Source of the DNA: Octopus sinensis
Lineage: Eukaryota
Length of the DNA stretch: 64,000 nucleotides
Direction of reading: 5' to 3'
Assembly (NCBI RefSeq): GCF_006345805.1
Contig: NW_021836129.1
Coordinates: 62,001 to 126,000, forward strand
A program made the position numbers and the translations under genes. The first letter of the stretch is position 1. Each line of letters begins with the position of its first letter. Shown in pieces: positions 24,710 to 39,100 of the stretch. The notes beneath the pieces are model-generated. The model was not told the DNA's origin, made no database searches, and saw nothing but the letters and a program-made list of their open reading frames with translations.

Positions 24710-26244
24710 CAGTCTGTACCAAAACATTATAATATTGGCAAATTTATCAATAAATCATTTGTATCTCTACTTATATCAATTTTTAAGTGTTAATTTTTAG
24801 CATGTAATTTCTAAATTGACTTATCTAACTATTCTTAAATAAATTAATTCTTAAAAATATATTACATGCTAAAAATATATTGTCATGTACCAAAACATTA
24901 TAATAATTTTTGTCATGTAACAAAAGATTATAATATTTTCTAGTATTTGATGTTTTTCCCTCGAGATTTTAGTACAGCATCTACTCTTTTTGGCATTTAT
25001 TCAATTAAAACTTTTATTTCTTCAATTTTAATTTCATTCCATATGATTTTCAGTTCATTTTTCAGATCCTCTATCGTTTTTATTCCACGAGCCATAACTT
25101 TTCGTTTCATTATTCCCCAAAGATTTTCGATTGGATTAAGATCAGGGGAATTAGGGGGCCATTTCATAAGATTAATTTTTTGGTTTTGAATCCACTCAAT
25201 CGTATCTATTGCAGTGTGTGCAGGAGCATTGTCCTGTTGAAAAATGTAATTACATCCATCATATAACTTTTGACCAGTTGAAATTAAATTTTTTTCTAAT
25301 ATTTCTCTGTATACTAATCCATTTACAGTTGAATCAATAATTGAAAGCGGGCTCAACCCATTAAAACTCATCGCTCCCCACACCATAGCTCCTTTTCTGT
25401 AATGAAGCTTTTGATTTATACATGAAGGATGAATTGTTTCATTTCTTTTACGCCAAACATACGCACCTTTTTCACCAATTAACAGCAGAAACTTAGATTC
25501 GTCAGAAAAAATAACTTTGGACCACTGTTCTATAGTCCAGTTTATTTTCCCTTTAGCCAAAGCTAATCTTTGCTTCTGTTGTTTTAATGTTAGGAAGGGC
25601 TTGCAAACAGGGGTTATGGAAAAAAATCCCAATTGGTTTAGACGTCTGCTTATTGTCATTCGGCTCAAATTAATTCCGTGAGGAATAAGTTTTTCGGAAA
25701 TTTCCTTAATAGAGATGAATATATTTTCCATCAAAACTCTTTGAATAACTCTTTCTTCTCGTGAAGACGTTAATTTCGGCCTTCCCTTTCCGACACGATT
25801 GTTTTTCTCGTTATTTTGCTTCCGCAACACGTTGGAAACTGATCCTTGTGAGCAATTTGTGATTTCCGCGATTTTGTTTTGACTAAGTCCAAAGGTATGG
25901 AGATTTAAAATAATTTTTTTGGTATCAAATGACAAGTCGCTTTGTCCTTCCATGTAAATTAAATAATAACGTGTTAAGTTTAAAATAAATTTGTTTTTGT
26001 ATGAAAAATATAAAAATTATTATAATGTTATGGTACATGACAAAAATTATTATAATGTTATGGTACATGACAATTTGTATCACCCCAACCAGTGATCTCG
26101 TAAAATCAAATAATTTTTTAAATAGTTAAAGAAAGTAAATTTGAATTTGGATGTAAAAAATTAAGTCATAAAAATGGATATTTGTGAAAATAGAGTTATA
26201 TTTTAACTAAATTTACGAGTATTATAATGTTTTGGTACAGACTG
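24710..26244 (-). mobile_element. Full-length Tc1 (DD34E) transposon, 1,535 bp
   Basis: 25-bp TIR CAGTCTGTACCAAAACATTATAATA at both ends, TA TSD at 24,708-09 and 26,245-46. Empty site tgcattgTAtagtgc at ~10,227-10,240. Confidence 0.95.
24997..25953 (-). CDS. Tc1 transposase, DD34E, premature stop about 20 aa before the normal end
   Basis: IFSDESKF, FQQDNAPAH, 34 residues, then SPDLNPIENLW. After the TAA the same frame continues MPKRVDAVLKSRGKNIKY*. Confidence 0.9.
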   Translation of the reverse strand: MEGQSDLSFDTKKIILNLHTFGLSQNKIAEITNCSQGSVSNVLRKQNNEKNNRVGKGRPKLTSSREERVIQRVLMENIFISIKEISEKLIPHGINLSRMTISRRLNQLGFFSITPVCKPFLTLKQQKQRLALAKGKINWTIEQWSKVIFSDESKFLLLIGEKGAYVWRKRNETIHPSCINQKLHYRKGAMVWGAMSFNGLSPLSIIDSTVNGLVYREILEKNLISTGQKLYDGCNYIFQQDNAPAHTAIDTIEWIQNQKINLMKWPPNSPDLNPIENLWGIMKRKVMARGIKTIEDLKNELKIIWNEIKIEEIKVLIE

Positions 26245-26819
26245 TATAGTGCGGTCAAATATCGTATGAGAATAATTGGAGCATGTTTGATAACTCAAGT
26301 TAGCTCGAAGACTTTTCTGTACCTCACATATAAATTCTGGATTAGACATAAACTTCATAAAGTTTGGGATCAATGTTGATTCTTTATACACAAAAATCAA
26401 TTTTTTGATAGGGATGAAAAATATCGATACAGTGAACCATTGCAAATTGGCCATTTTTGGTAAATAAAATTTTTAGAGCCAATTTGAAAAAAATCAATAA
26501 TTAAAAAATAAAATAAACACGTTTAATTTAAATAGCTTATCTGGCAACATTGTCCTCGTACAACTGCTAAAAGATAATCAAGTAACCTTGTTAATCAGAA
26601 TGAGAATTGATGTTTCAGTATAGAAGCACACTATCTATCTGATTATTTTCCAAAGTTTATTATAATGAGGAGACAATGACAAATAATTTGAAACAGTGTA
26701 ATTTGAATGCAAATAACCAAAATTATAATTTTTTTTTTTAAATTTTAAGATTTTATTTAATTCCTAAAATAACGTATTATATGACGTGTAGTTTGTCATT
26801 ACTTTTTGTGGTTGATGTA

Positions 26820-27480
26820 TTTATATTTTTCTGTGATGAATAGTTTTTACTTGTTATTTATGTTTTTTTTCATTATTTCTATGTTTATTGGTTCCTTGAT
26901 CCTTTAATTTTATAATTAATTATTGGTTTGAAGAATCACGTATTTTTAATCATTCTATAAACATTATTAATAATGACTGAAACATTTTAATTGATTTCTC
27001 CCATTTTTATACATTTTCTATATCTAAAAAATATTTATTTTATATTTTTCTGTGATGAATAGTTTTTACTTGTTATTTATGGTTTTTTTCATTATTTCTA
27101 TGTTTATTGGTTCCTTGATCCTTTAATTTTATAATTAATTATTGGTTTGAAGAATCACGTATTTTTAATCATTCTATAAACATTATTAATAATGACTGAA
27201 ACATTTTAATTGATTTCTCCCATTTTTATACATTTTCTATATCTAAAAAATATTTATTTTATATTTTTCTGTGATGAATAGTTTTTACTTGTTATTTATG
27301 GTTTTTTTCATTATTTCTATGTTTATTGGTTCCTTGATCCTTTAATTTTATAATTAATTATTGGTTTGAAGAATCATGTATTTTTAATCATTCTATAAAC
27401 ATTATTAATAATGACTGAAACATTTTAATTGATTTCTCTTATTTTTATACATTTTCTATATCTAAAAAATATTTATTTTA
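26820..27480. repeat. 219-bp tandem repeat, 3 units
   Basis: Anchor tgtgatgaat at 26,832, 27,051 and 27,270. Confidence 0.9.
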
Positions 27481-27518
27481 TAAAATATTCTCATATAATT
27501 GCTTGTTTAAGCATATTA

Positions 27519-28130
27519 CAGTACGACCCCGCCCCAATAGAAAAGTGCCCCAAATATAGAGGGTGCCCCTAAGGTAGAGGTATATATAATTTTTACTTTT
27601 TAAAAGCAAATATCTGTATTTTTTAATAATAAAATATGTTTTTTCGTATTAAAAAAGAGGAATTAATTTATTCTATGAAAAATAATCAGTTATTTTGAAT
27701 CCAATATTATATTTATTTCTTAGAATCTTCGACATTTTTATCTTGAATTCATAGTATTCTTTGAGTCCTTCAGGGCAAGTGTTGAATAAGGAAGTTTCAA
27801 GATCATTAATTATTCTCATTGAATCTTTTAAGTCGGACTCTTCAATTTCATCATTTCCATTATACAAAGTATCATTATCCTCAATTCCGTTTATTTCAAG
27901 ATCCATTAAAGCTAAAACATGCTTATCAATTAATTCAGATTCTTTTTTTGAATTAATTTCAGGAAAACATGTTCTCTGTTCGTTTATTTTCATCCAACAA
28001 TTGACAATTGTTGTTGTTATTAATCGACTCCATGCTTCTCCCACATATGCGATTATTTTGTCACATGGGCCACGCGATACCTATGGGCAGTTAATTTCAT
28101 TTTATTAATGAAACCACAAAGAGTAAAATT
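27519..28130 (-). mobile_element. Tigger family D, 3' part
   Basis: TA|CAGTACGACCCCGCCCCAATAG terminus. ORF 27673-28044 begins (VG)EAWSRLITTTIVNCW and ends KITDYFS, a pogo C-terminus. Confidence 0.75.
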
Positions 28131-28136
28131 TTGGTA

Positions 28137-30066
28137 CAGTAAAACCTCTCGAATCCGCCAAATTTGGACCTGGGAAATTACGGCGGATTCGAGAGTTTGG
28201 CGGATTCGAGAGACAAATTTGAATATTTTTATAGACTAATTAAAAAATGAAGACATTAATTTCTTTAAATATAGTCAGTTATTTTAGTTTTAATAGTTAT
28301 TTTGATGTTTCTACTAACATCATCAAGGTGATTGAAGACATTTAAATTAGTTTCATCCTTTTGTTTGAAGTACTTCCTCAATGTATGGAGAGCATTCAAA
28401 GCATCGTGGTCTAAAACGACTTGTCCATTCTTTTTTTCTCCACAATCAATGTCCTCATCATCATTTTCATCCAAATTGTCCAGGATCTCTTCATTCTCTT
28501 AGAATTTTGTAAATAGTCACGTGTTACCAATGTTCCTCCCTGGTATTTGAATGTACGTACAAGACGGGAATATTATTGGCAAATTCGTCACCGACTGTCG
28601 ACTAATTGGGATGACTATACATGTTCCGTTGATAAGGGGGCAGTACTCGGGGGAATAATCGTATATCAAAAAACTTTTTTCGCATTTGAGGGCAAACTTT
28701 CTTGGACTATTAAGTGGGCATTCAAGCCTACTCATGCACCACTAAAACCCAAAAAAATTGTTTTTTGAAGAAATTAATTAACATATTATTAATATCTTTT
28801 TGCTTTTCAATTTGATAAATCGTCGTAACAAAAATCTGTCTTTCCCAAAGATTGGCATCTTAAAAGAAATTTATAATTTCTTATTAAAATTTTTTTTTTT
28901 ACATATTTTTTTTAAAAACGAAATTATCATATTTGAATCTGTTATTTAGTATTTAATTAGCTGCAGAGGATAAGATGGAATGGCAATTCCCACGCAAGAT
29001 GGCTATTGTTATGCGTTAGAAAAGCCATGTCCGTTCCCAATGATCATTTCTTCTTCTGCTTGCCAAATCCCCCAGTTTAATAAGGAAAAACATAGAATCC
29101 ATCCATGCTTTTTTTGAATTATGATAGGTCACAAAACTTCGATAGCTAAAATTTTTAGAGCATCTAGGATTTTTGAATTTTCCAATTATGAATGGTGTTA
29201 GTTTATCGGTACCAGTCATATTTGAACAGAACATTATCGATATTCAATCCTTCAATAATTTATGCCCATATCTCTTGATCTTGCAAATGCTTTTACATGG
29301 AAGAGCTTTATAAAATAATCCTGTCTCATCTGCATTATAGACATTTTCGCGACCATATAATTTTATTTTTACTCTTATATTAATGAGAAAATCATTAACT
29401 TCAGAATTTGAGAAATTCTCTGTATAAGATTCTCCATAAAGTTTCTTCAATTTTAACCCATGTCTTCTTTTAAATTTTTCAAGCCATCCACGACTGGCTT
29501 TAAACTCAGTTATTTGACGTTTCTTCGCAAAGTCTTCAGCCTTTGTAAGAATAATCGAATCATTAAGAAATGCTCCTCTGGTTTCCATCATTTCAATCCA
29601 TGACATAGTATCTTCATCAATTTCATTGAACTTTAAATATGGATTCCGAGATAATTCTGAAAAAAGCAAGGCAGATACATTCCTTCTGCTCCTAAGGTCG
29701 TTTAAAGATCGTCTTGAAATAACGCGTCTGAATCTTTCGGAAAAGATAGCGGACACTCTTGTAAGCGAAATTCCTGGATTTTGATCGATAAATTTAATAA
29801 TTTTTGTTTTTCGGAATTTTTAAATCTGGTACAATTACGTTTCATTACAATTAACAGGACCAACCACACAATTAAATGATAATGTCTCGTGTAAAAGTGT
29901 TTTGGAATTTAAAAAAATAATAATTAAGAAAATAAAATATATATATTTCTAAAAACGCGGCGGATTCGAGAAATTTGCGGATTCGGGAATATCTCATAGG
30001 AAATTTCGTATTCTTGAAAAAATTCGGCGGATTCGAGAGGTGGCGGATTCGAGAGGTTTTACACTG
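28137..30066 (-). mobile_element. Tigger family B, both ends, internally rearranged
   Basis: TA|CAGTAAAACCTCTCGAATCCGCCA at 28,137 and a degenerate inverse at 30,041-30,066. ORF 29244-29756 (HTH, FKASRGWL, YNADETGLFY), then KD*ISIMFCSNMTGTDK. C-terminus at 28265-28474. Confidence 0.85.
28965..29075 (-). mobile_element. Short 3' tip of a CRE-like retrotransposon inside Tigger B
   Basis: GDLASRRR...WLF*RITIAILRGNCHSILSSA matches the CRE C-terminus at ~45,340-45,420 (WLFQQIGIAVVRGNAHSI). Confidence 0.65.
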
Positions 30067-30780
30067 ACGAAATCAATTTTGCATCTAAGGATGTGGAAAT
30101 TCTGGCATTTTTCCCATGGCTCAACAAACTTTTTTTTTGAAGACAAAATTTGATGGCAGGTTTAGAAGAAAAGGATCCTTGTAGAACAATTTCTTTTTGC
30201 CCTTATATTTGACGAGCTGAAATAATACAGATTGGTGATATTAAATTTTATTTATTTTATTTTTTAAATGTTTTTAATTTATCGAATTAACTACAATAAA
30301 TTATTACGCACGTTATATTATTTTCTTTTGTTGTGCATGTATGCAGTTAATTCTTATTTTATTTTTTCGTGCTTTTATGTTTTAATTTTATAATTTTTTG
30401 TTTATTTATTTGTTTGACTATTAATTAAATTGATTACTGGTAAAATATCTTGCATAAAGTATATTTTGCAAGTGAATTTGTATTCATTTTATCAATTAAT
30501 TAATATGCATTTATACAGACTTGTTTAAATTTATTTTTTTCTAGTATTTTATTGTTTATTTTGATTTTTTTATTATTTTGATTCTTTTCTACTATTCTGA
30601 TTTTTTTAATACACTCAACCGTTTCAAATTGGGCATTTTTGGATACTTCAATTTTGTTGGCCAATTAGATTTAAAAATCGATAATCCTTCCAAATCGATA
30701 ATTAAGATTAGCTTCGCGGGCCGTACAAAAAATATTTTATAATATTTTTATATTTTCCAATTCGTAAAAATTAATAATGG

Positions 30781-31524
30781 ACGCATTTTTGAACAAAGCC
30801 GCCAGTTCTATATAATTTTGTAAATCAATGAGTTCTATATCATTTACAAGTCAATTTGTAGCTTAATTTGTCCCAGCTCTGTTGGAGTGATGTTTGGATC
30901 GGGAATTTTAATCCTGATTCCTTCCACAGCATACATCCATCTTCAAAAGGCCTGTCCAAAGAAGATTCGGGGGATTTATGTAGAATCTCCAAGGATAGCC
31001 TTCGGCAGGATGAGTGAGAGGACAGGAAAGCTGGGAGGGCAAGGTCCAGGGCGGATCTTAGGCCAGCTTTGCCAGAATTAAGAGGTAGTTTACACTGGGT
31101 CCACCCATCATTATCGAAACGGACATTTAGGATCCACTCGGCGCACAATCTTAACGTATCATCGATAGAATGCAATATTTCATCTTGTATAAAGCAGGGC
31201 GAGCATCTCAATAAATATAACAGTTTGGGAACGTGGATGCAATTTTTGAGGAGGAAAAAGGCCGTGTGGGAGTCGAGTAGAGAGAGGCGTTCACCACAGA
31301 CAACCTGGCAATGAGGCTCGACCAGCACCGCCTCGCCTGCTTACGCTCTGCAGCTGTGCCACTCAGTGGGTCATGGCTGAATGCTATGCCAATTGCTGGC
31401 CTCGGAACATTATTAGAGGATGACTGCATGCGTATCGGTACTGCACTGAGACTCGGACTTGACATCTGCGAACAACATCGTTGTAGATGTGGAAAAATGG
31501 TTGACGTCAAAGGTGTACACCCAC
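30781..31524. mobile_element. CRE-like fragment with inverted 5' part (copy b)
   Basis: Near-identical to 13,013-13,758. Confidence 0.85.
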
Positions 31525-32111
31525 TTATCGACTTTGTGGGCTTCCCCCCCCCCACCTGTCCAGACCGACTGGTTCAAGTACATTCGGGAAACCGGCAGCA
31601 TTAAGTGCTCTCGAGATGACGTCGTTGAGTGCCCCGTGACGAGGCAATTCTGCTATTTGATATAAAAAGGTCACTTTTTTTTGGTTTTGAATTTTCGATA
31701 TTATAAAAAAATGTAAAATACTTTATTCCATGTTAAGAATAAATTTAAGACATACAGTCAACCTTCGTTAATCCGAAAATTCAAATCGCTTTCCCTTCGG
31801 ATTATGAAGAAATCTAAAATTTATATGAACGTTAGATAAATGATCAGATTAGTGATCAAATTACTAATCTGTTTATAAACACAATTATTTGTAGAAAAAA
31901 TCGAATAAAGTTCTTTTTATAGTATTTTTTTAATTAATTTTTGTAAATCATCCGAGATGTGTTTCAAATTTTTTACAGTATCGTTTGTTATATTTTGAGA
32001 AAAGCAATTCGAACAAGAACTTGATTTAATGACAATTTGAATTGCTTGGAAAATTGTTCTTCAAAATGTGACTTGGCGCGTAATCAAAAAGTAAATAAAT
32101 TTTTTGTTATA

Positions 32112-33760
32112 CAGTAAAACCTCTGGTGCTCGCCATTTTCGGGACCGAAGAAAAAATGGCGAGCAATAGAATTTGGCGAGCAATAGAAATAATCAATAAA
32201 TTTGTTGACATTGAAATTTTGAAAACATCTCCGTTTTCGATACTTTCCGATCATAAGTGAGTCTTTCAAGTCATATTTGAGCAAAGAAACAAAGAGAATC
32301 GAAAGAAATTAAAAGGAAAAAATTAACTAAAAAAATCTTTAATAGTTTTTTTTAATTCAGCCATATTTCTAATAACGGTGTCGATTAGTTCCAACGAATT
32401 TATATCAAAATTTTCATTTTGATAAAAGAATGACTTTATTTTTTTCAACATTTTCAAAGCCTCTTCTGAATTCACATGAGATTGGTCATTATGAGTATCT
32501 TCATTGTCATATTTTTGTGAAAAAGAATCTCCAGCAATATTAAGGTAATCTTCAATTTCATCTATTTCGGTAAATTCATGATTAATAAAATCATCTTTAT
32601 CGACCTGGTCCAATATTTTCAAGATATTTACCATTTGATCATAATTATCAATTTCAACAGTTGGTCTTTCGAGTTGATTTTCACATTCGATCCATTTTGA
32701 ATGTCCGAAACAATTTGTAGTTGTTTTGGTCGTTACTTTTTTCCAGGCAAAATATGTAAAAAGAAGACCGTCTTTTAAGGTTATTTTTTATGAGCTTCCA
32801 GTGGATTTTCTCCATTTTCAATTTTTTCTAACATTAACTCAAATTTAAGTTTATTAAAATGTCCTTTGAAAGATCTAATGATTCCTTGATCCATTGGTTG
32901 TAGAATTGTTGTAGTCTTCGAAGGTAGGTAAAGAACTTCAATTGACTGTAAATCAGCGTAAAGTTTATGGGATGGGCATCGATCCACAACTAAAAGAATT
33001 TTTCGTATAAAAAATAGTTTAACCAAAAAAATATTTATAAATGTTTTCAGCATTATATTGTTGAATCTTTGCAGAGATCAAAGAAGTAAATGCATCTTTT
33101 CTTGTTTCTGATCAACTGCAGCAGATCCTGATTCTCCATATAAAGACCTCAATTTTAAGTTGTTCCGTATCTTGAACTTGCTTAGCCATCCATTGCTGGC
33201 TTTAAACTCTTTAATTCCATAAATATTAGCAATGTTCTTTGCTTTCAACAAAATTGAATTATCGTCCAGAAACTCCCCTCTAAGCTCAATGTATTCCATC
33301 CAAGTTAATAGTTCAGTGTCAATAACAGAATAAGTTAAGTTAGATAATCTCTTCTTATTGGAGAAAATAGGATCAGTAGACATTATTTTCTCTTTTCCAA
33401 GTCTTAAATCGTTCACAGCCCTTCGAGATATTTTTTTCTTCAAAACAGAAGAAAAAATGTAAGCTATACGATCCATCGTGAGACTTTTGTTCTCCTCCAT
33501 GTACGCAATAATCCGACGTTTTTCAGTAAAAGACAATCTTGTGCACTTACGCATGTTAAATTTAGCGTGGTTGAAATATTTTATATAAAAAATAGTTTAA
33601 CAAAAAAAAATATTTTTAAAAATTAATGGCGAGATTTAGAAAATGGCGAGCAATAGAATATTTATCAAAATTTACTAGAAATTTTTAATTTTTTGAAAAA
33701 TATGTGGCGAGCAATAGAGGTGGCGAGTAACAGAGGTGGCGAGCACCAGAGGTTTTACTG
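32112..33760 (-). mobile_element. Tigger C (copy b)
   Basis: Same TIRs, TA TSD and internal deletion as 14,343-15,991. Confidence 0.95.
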
Positions 33761-36139
33761 TATTGTTCATTTCATCATCAAGTAGCAGCATCACGCAATT
33801 AAACAAATAACTGGCTTTCGAATTTGGATAATAATGACAGTATTTTCCAACATTGAATCCTTTGAAACAGTTTGGTTTCTTGCTGTGTCCTGTCCATTCC
33901 GTTAATAAGATCCATTCGAGATATCCATTTTATCAATGAATTCTCAAGCAGATAATAATTTTTACAAGCTAGTCTATAGTAAGTGTTTGAGCTCTCACTG
34001 TTTTTTCATTGTTCTTTATTTTTCAAAATTTCAGATAAAGTAGAATTTCGTAGGTCCAGGTTTAATTCTCTTCTGATAATTTGAGACAATTCATTCAGAG
34101 ACATTTTCCTCGAATCCTTAATTTTTACAAATCTGTTCTTTTAGATGAATTTTGACTTCGGTCCTTTTTCTAACCATAGAAAGCGTGCTGTTAATTAAAT
34201 TTGAAAAATTAATTAAAAAAATTAATCAACAAAATTATTTTGTAATAATAAACAAAATTAATCCGAAATTATAAACAAAATTAATTGAATTTTCGGAGCA
34301 TTGAATCAAATTTGGCAAAAAAAAGTTAAAAAATTTATAATTAGAAAATTGATTAATAACAACTTTTCTGGCAAATTTTGAACAACTAGAGCAATACCTC
34401 GCCTTTTTATGTTTATCATCACTATCGTACCCTCTTACCCTTATTTTAAAATTTAAAATGTAAATGTCTTTATTATTTTTTTGGTATCGATCAGTGTAAC
34501 ATATGTTCCTTGCAATAAGAGAGAAATATCGTTAAGTTTCGTAAAAATCCAAGATAAGGACAGCCCCGCGAAGTAAGTAGCGTGCCTTAATGGAATAAGA
34601 TGTCGAGACACGACAGGTCAATGATGTAGTTGCCTCAAAAAAAGATATTAATTAAAAAAAACTTATTATTGTACATACTCCTTGCAACTTGGTGTGAGGA
34701 TCTCCGAACAGCTGTAAATACTGCCAACTCAGAAAAGAAACCTCACCAAATACTATGTTGACTCATGTTGACAAACAATTTTAAATTCAATTGTAATTGA
34801 CAAGGAGATAAAAAAACCCATAAAATAGTGCAAATTTCAAGGTTTTTCAAAACGGGATATATAGTCTAACTTAGCGTTACTTTTGCAGTTAAAATCGCTA
34901 AGAATGGACCCATACGAGCTTCTTAAAGAATATAAGCTCCGCTTTCCTATCTTATACAATATCAGCTTGAATGTTATTTTAAACTTTATTTATAAATTAG
35001 CACAAATATAATTGCTGACGGCAATCTTGCAGTTCTTTCCGACGAATTCGGTTTTATAAAGCTCAAAAAAATCTCGCTCTTCCGGATAATGAGAAAAGTC
35101 GGGGCAACACTTGATGATCTTATATCCGTAGTTAAAAGTAGGATCATATTTATCAAATCACATTTTTAGACTCATATTTCCTCATTTTTGACCAGACCCA
35201 AACAAAAGTCAATGGGATAATCTCCACAAGAGTCATCGAAGTAAACTGAATATTCAACAATATTGAAATGAGTACTGAAAAAGTATTGTCGTGATGTATT
35301 CATGACAATTACTTTTGGACCAGCAGCTGACTCCCCTTGGAATCACCCGGGGCTACTTGACTGGGTGGCGAATGTTTGAAGATAAGTGGCTGTTGTATGC
35401 CAATTTGTTAGGACCAAACACCCCAATTATTAAAAAAACTAAAATAATGGCGAATAACTACAATCACACTGTATCAGTGATATAAACATATTTTAAGAGT
35501 GGGATATAACAAATTCCATACACAGAAACGTGTATGATTTATATAATGGATATCCAATGAATTTTATTCCCTTCCGGAGTCCATTTCCTCCAATCTGTTA
35601 GAACCAAACATCCCAATTATCGAAAAAGACCCTGAAGTGTGCTTGGTGCTGGCAGATTAGTCGAAATGGACTTCAAAACACGTAAAATGGCTCTGTGTCA
35701 TCTTGTTCCATTTGTAAGTTGACTTCTAAGTAAAATTGAACGTTTCTCTGAGAAGTCTCTTGGAATTGGTCAGCCCAGAAATGTCATCCCTTGTGGAATA
35801 GGACATCGAGGACCAACCAGTGGACATTCAAATTGTGAGTAACAAATAAGACCAATATCCAATCAAATAAAATAAATATTTAGATTATATCCTCTTGTTA
35901 AATGTTCTGACACTCTGGATGACAATAAAGATGCAAAATAAAATAACATTGTTGAGAAATTAAAAAAAATATATAAACAGATTATAGGAATAAACTCAAA
36001 AAATGCTATTACATAATCGTTGTTGCCTAATAGTTATTACATTTTTTATTATTTTAAAAAACTTTGTCTATTTATACAAACCAAGCGTATTTGCCATCAA
36101 ATGGACACACCCAGTCACTACCACTAAGGGGTCTTAACT

Positions 36140-39100
36140 AAGCAATAGAAAGTGTGAGCAAATCAACATAATGAAATTAGTGATAAATCCAATGTTAATA
36201 ATTCAGAGCGCATATCATGGCCACTCCTCGCTTTATCCAGTAATCTGGCTTATTTTCTGTCGGAATCAGCCAGATTGGAGGCATTTCCACATACAGTTCC
36301 TTCGGTCTCGACTCCACCCGACGTCCCCCGTCTCATTGACCCCCCTCAATAAACAAGCCCATAATCTAACACACACTCAAAGGAGGACTGGATATATCCT
36401 CTCCTTCCAACACCTACACTGTGCATACGTCCATACTTTGAAAGCGAAACTTATTTTATCAATTAAAATCACGTTCTTTCGAGCATAGTTTTAGAGAGTT
36501 CCCGTCAAGAAAGCCTGCGGAAAAAATAAACCCGATAAAAAAAACAGAGAATACATATTTTTCTCACATCAAGGCACTCTATTGGTGTACAAACTCTGTG
36601 CCATGTCCTTAAACTCCTGGAAAATGACAACCAGTCCTTTGACAGCCTTGAGTAAGTATTCCAAACACCTTCTAATGACACCAAGAAGACGATTCTAACT
36701 GACATATAATATTATCCACTATGGCTTCTTGGATGAGGGAAGTGTTCATTGACTCTTCGTAAAGGACGGGATACTTTGAGGATATTTCCACCATGCTGAA
36801 TTCGAGGGAAGAATGGGGAAGATATCTCTGACAAATTTGTCCACAACCTCAATCATAAACTAATAAACAGACATTTCAGACGAGTCTTCTGGTATTCTGG
36901 CACTTTAGTTTTGTGCGAAAGTGATATCTACATTCTCGTGCAGTCCGAATATCTCCGGGCTATCATTGATAGGCAGGTCTCTTATATAAGTCAAATACCT
37001 CTGCCAACTAAAATCAGTAACCTCACTCTGTGGTCGGTCGAAGATGATGTTGGAAAAATACTCCTGTTTGAAAAAGTGTATTTCTCTTCAAGGACACGGT
37101 CGCTGTAAAAGTCCGCCAGCAAGTAGGCGACTGTCCTTCTGTTCCAGTCGTCGGATAAAATAACTACATGAAACAAGCTAAGTGAGAAGAGCAGATTTTT
37201 AAACGCGGGAGTCTATTTAAAAAAAGGTCAATCAATTTTGAATATTTAAAATAATTAATAATAATAAACCTTATCTTATCTTGACACGAATTTAAAAATC
37301 ATCATTTTGAGAAATGTACAATCAGAGGAGATGGCTTTTATACCCCTGGGAGGCTCAATAGTCATTTTGCTGCTATTTTGTAGTAGAAACGTGGGAAATC
37401 GAGTACTGGGGAGACTTATGAGCCAAAGTCTAAAGTCTGTGCACCTGATTTTAAAGTGATCCAAAATAACTTTTTCCGGATCCAATTTTTCGATGAGTCT
37501 TTCCAACTGAGGCATCCAACTTTGTGCCAAATGACAGTTCTGGAAGACAACCCATTTCCATTCTCAATTCCTTCTCTCATAATCTCTTCGGCCCTTGGGC
37601 CTTGTCTTTGTCCAAAAGAAATTGACAAAAGTTTTTTAAAAAAGCGCATTTCCTGCGCGAATTTGTATAAATCCGCCGCAGGGTCAGTTCCAGCCGAAAT
37701 AATGAAGACGAAGCGAACAAAGGGAGATAAGTCCTTGAAGACCAGACTCAGGTGAGTAGTCTAGACCGTCTCCGTCACTCAAATTCACCTGAGACTCAAT
37801 AAAATGGTTTCCAAGGTTGTTGTAGACGTATTGCTACATATTCGGGGTTATTTTATCAGACCGAAGACATTTGAGGACAATCATTCTCTGAAAGTCGTTG
37901 AATGATTCTCTGAAAGTCGCTGGAAAAAAAACTATAAAATGTACTTGTGGGGATCAAGAATTGTGAATAAAGTGTTTGACTATTCCTTTAAATGAGTCCA
38001 ATTCCTTTCAATTCTATCGGAGAGCCAGTCTGGAACGGGGTTCGATTTTTGGATGATCTTTTTGACTGAGCCCAACAAGAGATATCTCCACTTGTTCTAA
38101 ACACTTGTTGAATTTTACAAACTGCTTTTATTTCTCCAAAGTTCTGTTTGATTCGTACACAAACGAGAAATACAAACAAGAGTTTGTTACGTTCAAAGAA
38201 CGATCGACACACATTGGAGTACAAATTGAAAGTAAAATGTTCGTTTATGAAAGTTATCCTCTCTTTCAGATCATCTACAATTTATTTCCTGCTTTTTGAG
38301 GTGATCTGAGTTTTTTGCGTTGGCAATACTTTTGACAATATTTTTGCGAACCACGCCAACGAGTATTGATACATTGGGTCAATCTTAGCCAAATCTGCTA
38401 CGAAAAAAACAGTACTTGAGTATTCACAGCTACCCGCATGCCAGCATTTTTATTAGGTTAATGTCATCCACGGCGTTGCCTTCCGATGAACTGAGTCGAA
38501 CAATATTTTTTTCTTCCAATTCCTTCCTATTTGAATTTTGATTCGTATTTATATGCCTCATTCGAGCATTATTGACAATCAGCTGGTTCTTGGCCTCTTC
38601 AAGGTCAGAAAGTTCCTCCGTCACGACAATCCCCAATAACTGATCCTCGAGGCTTCTAAAACTGAAAATGACTTTTATATCGAGGACTGAGGTGGGTCAA
38701 TAAATAGTGGCCACCGTTTTGAGTTATTGGCGATGAGTGCATTTTCTATCGAAAAGTTGTCTTTAGGCAGTCCGGTAATTTGTCAATACCATATTTTTAC
38801 CGAGTTCCCCATCGATGTCACGCTCTCCAGGCGGTCAGTAATAGGGACCTTCCACTCAGCAAGGACTTTTAGACATTTCTCGTATAGAATAGCCCGATAT
38901 TCACGCTTTAATACAATTATCTAGATTTTATACCGCGAATGGTCCCAAATAGGCGAACGACACGGCGGCTATCAAAATATCCCCACAAAATTTTGTAACG
39001 TGTATTCCAAAGTCTCGACAGTCTGTTGCCACCGGGATTTCTCGCTGCCGAGTCCCCGTACCCATCGATGTAAGGACGTATCTTCCTTATGATGGCTTCG

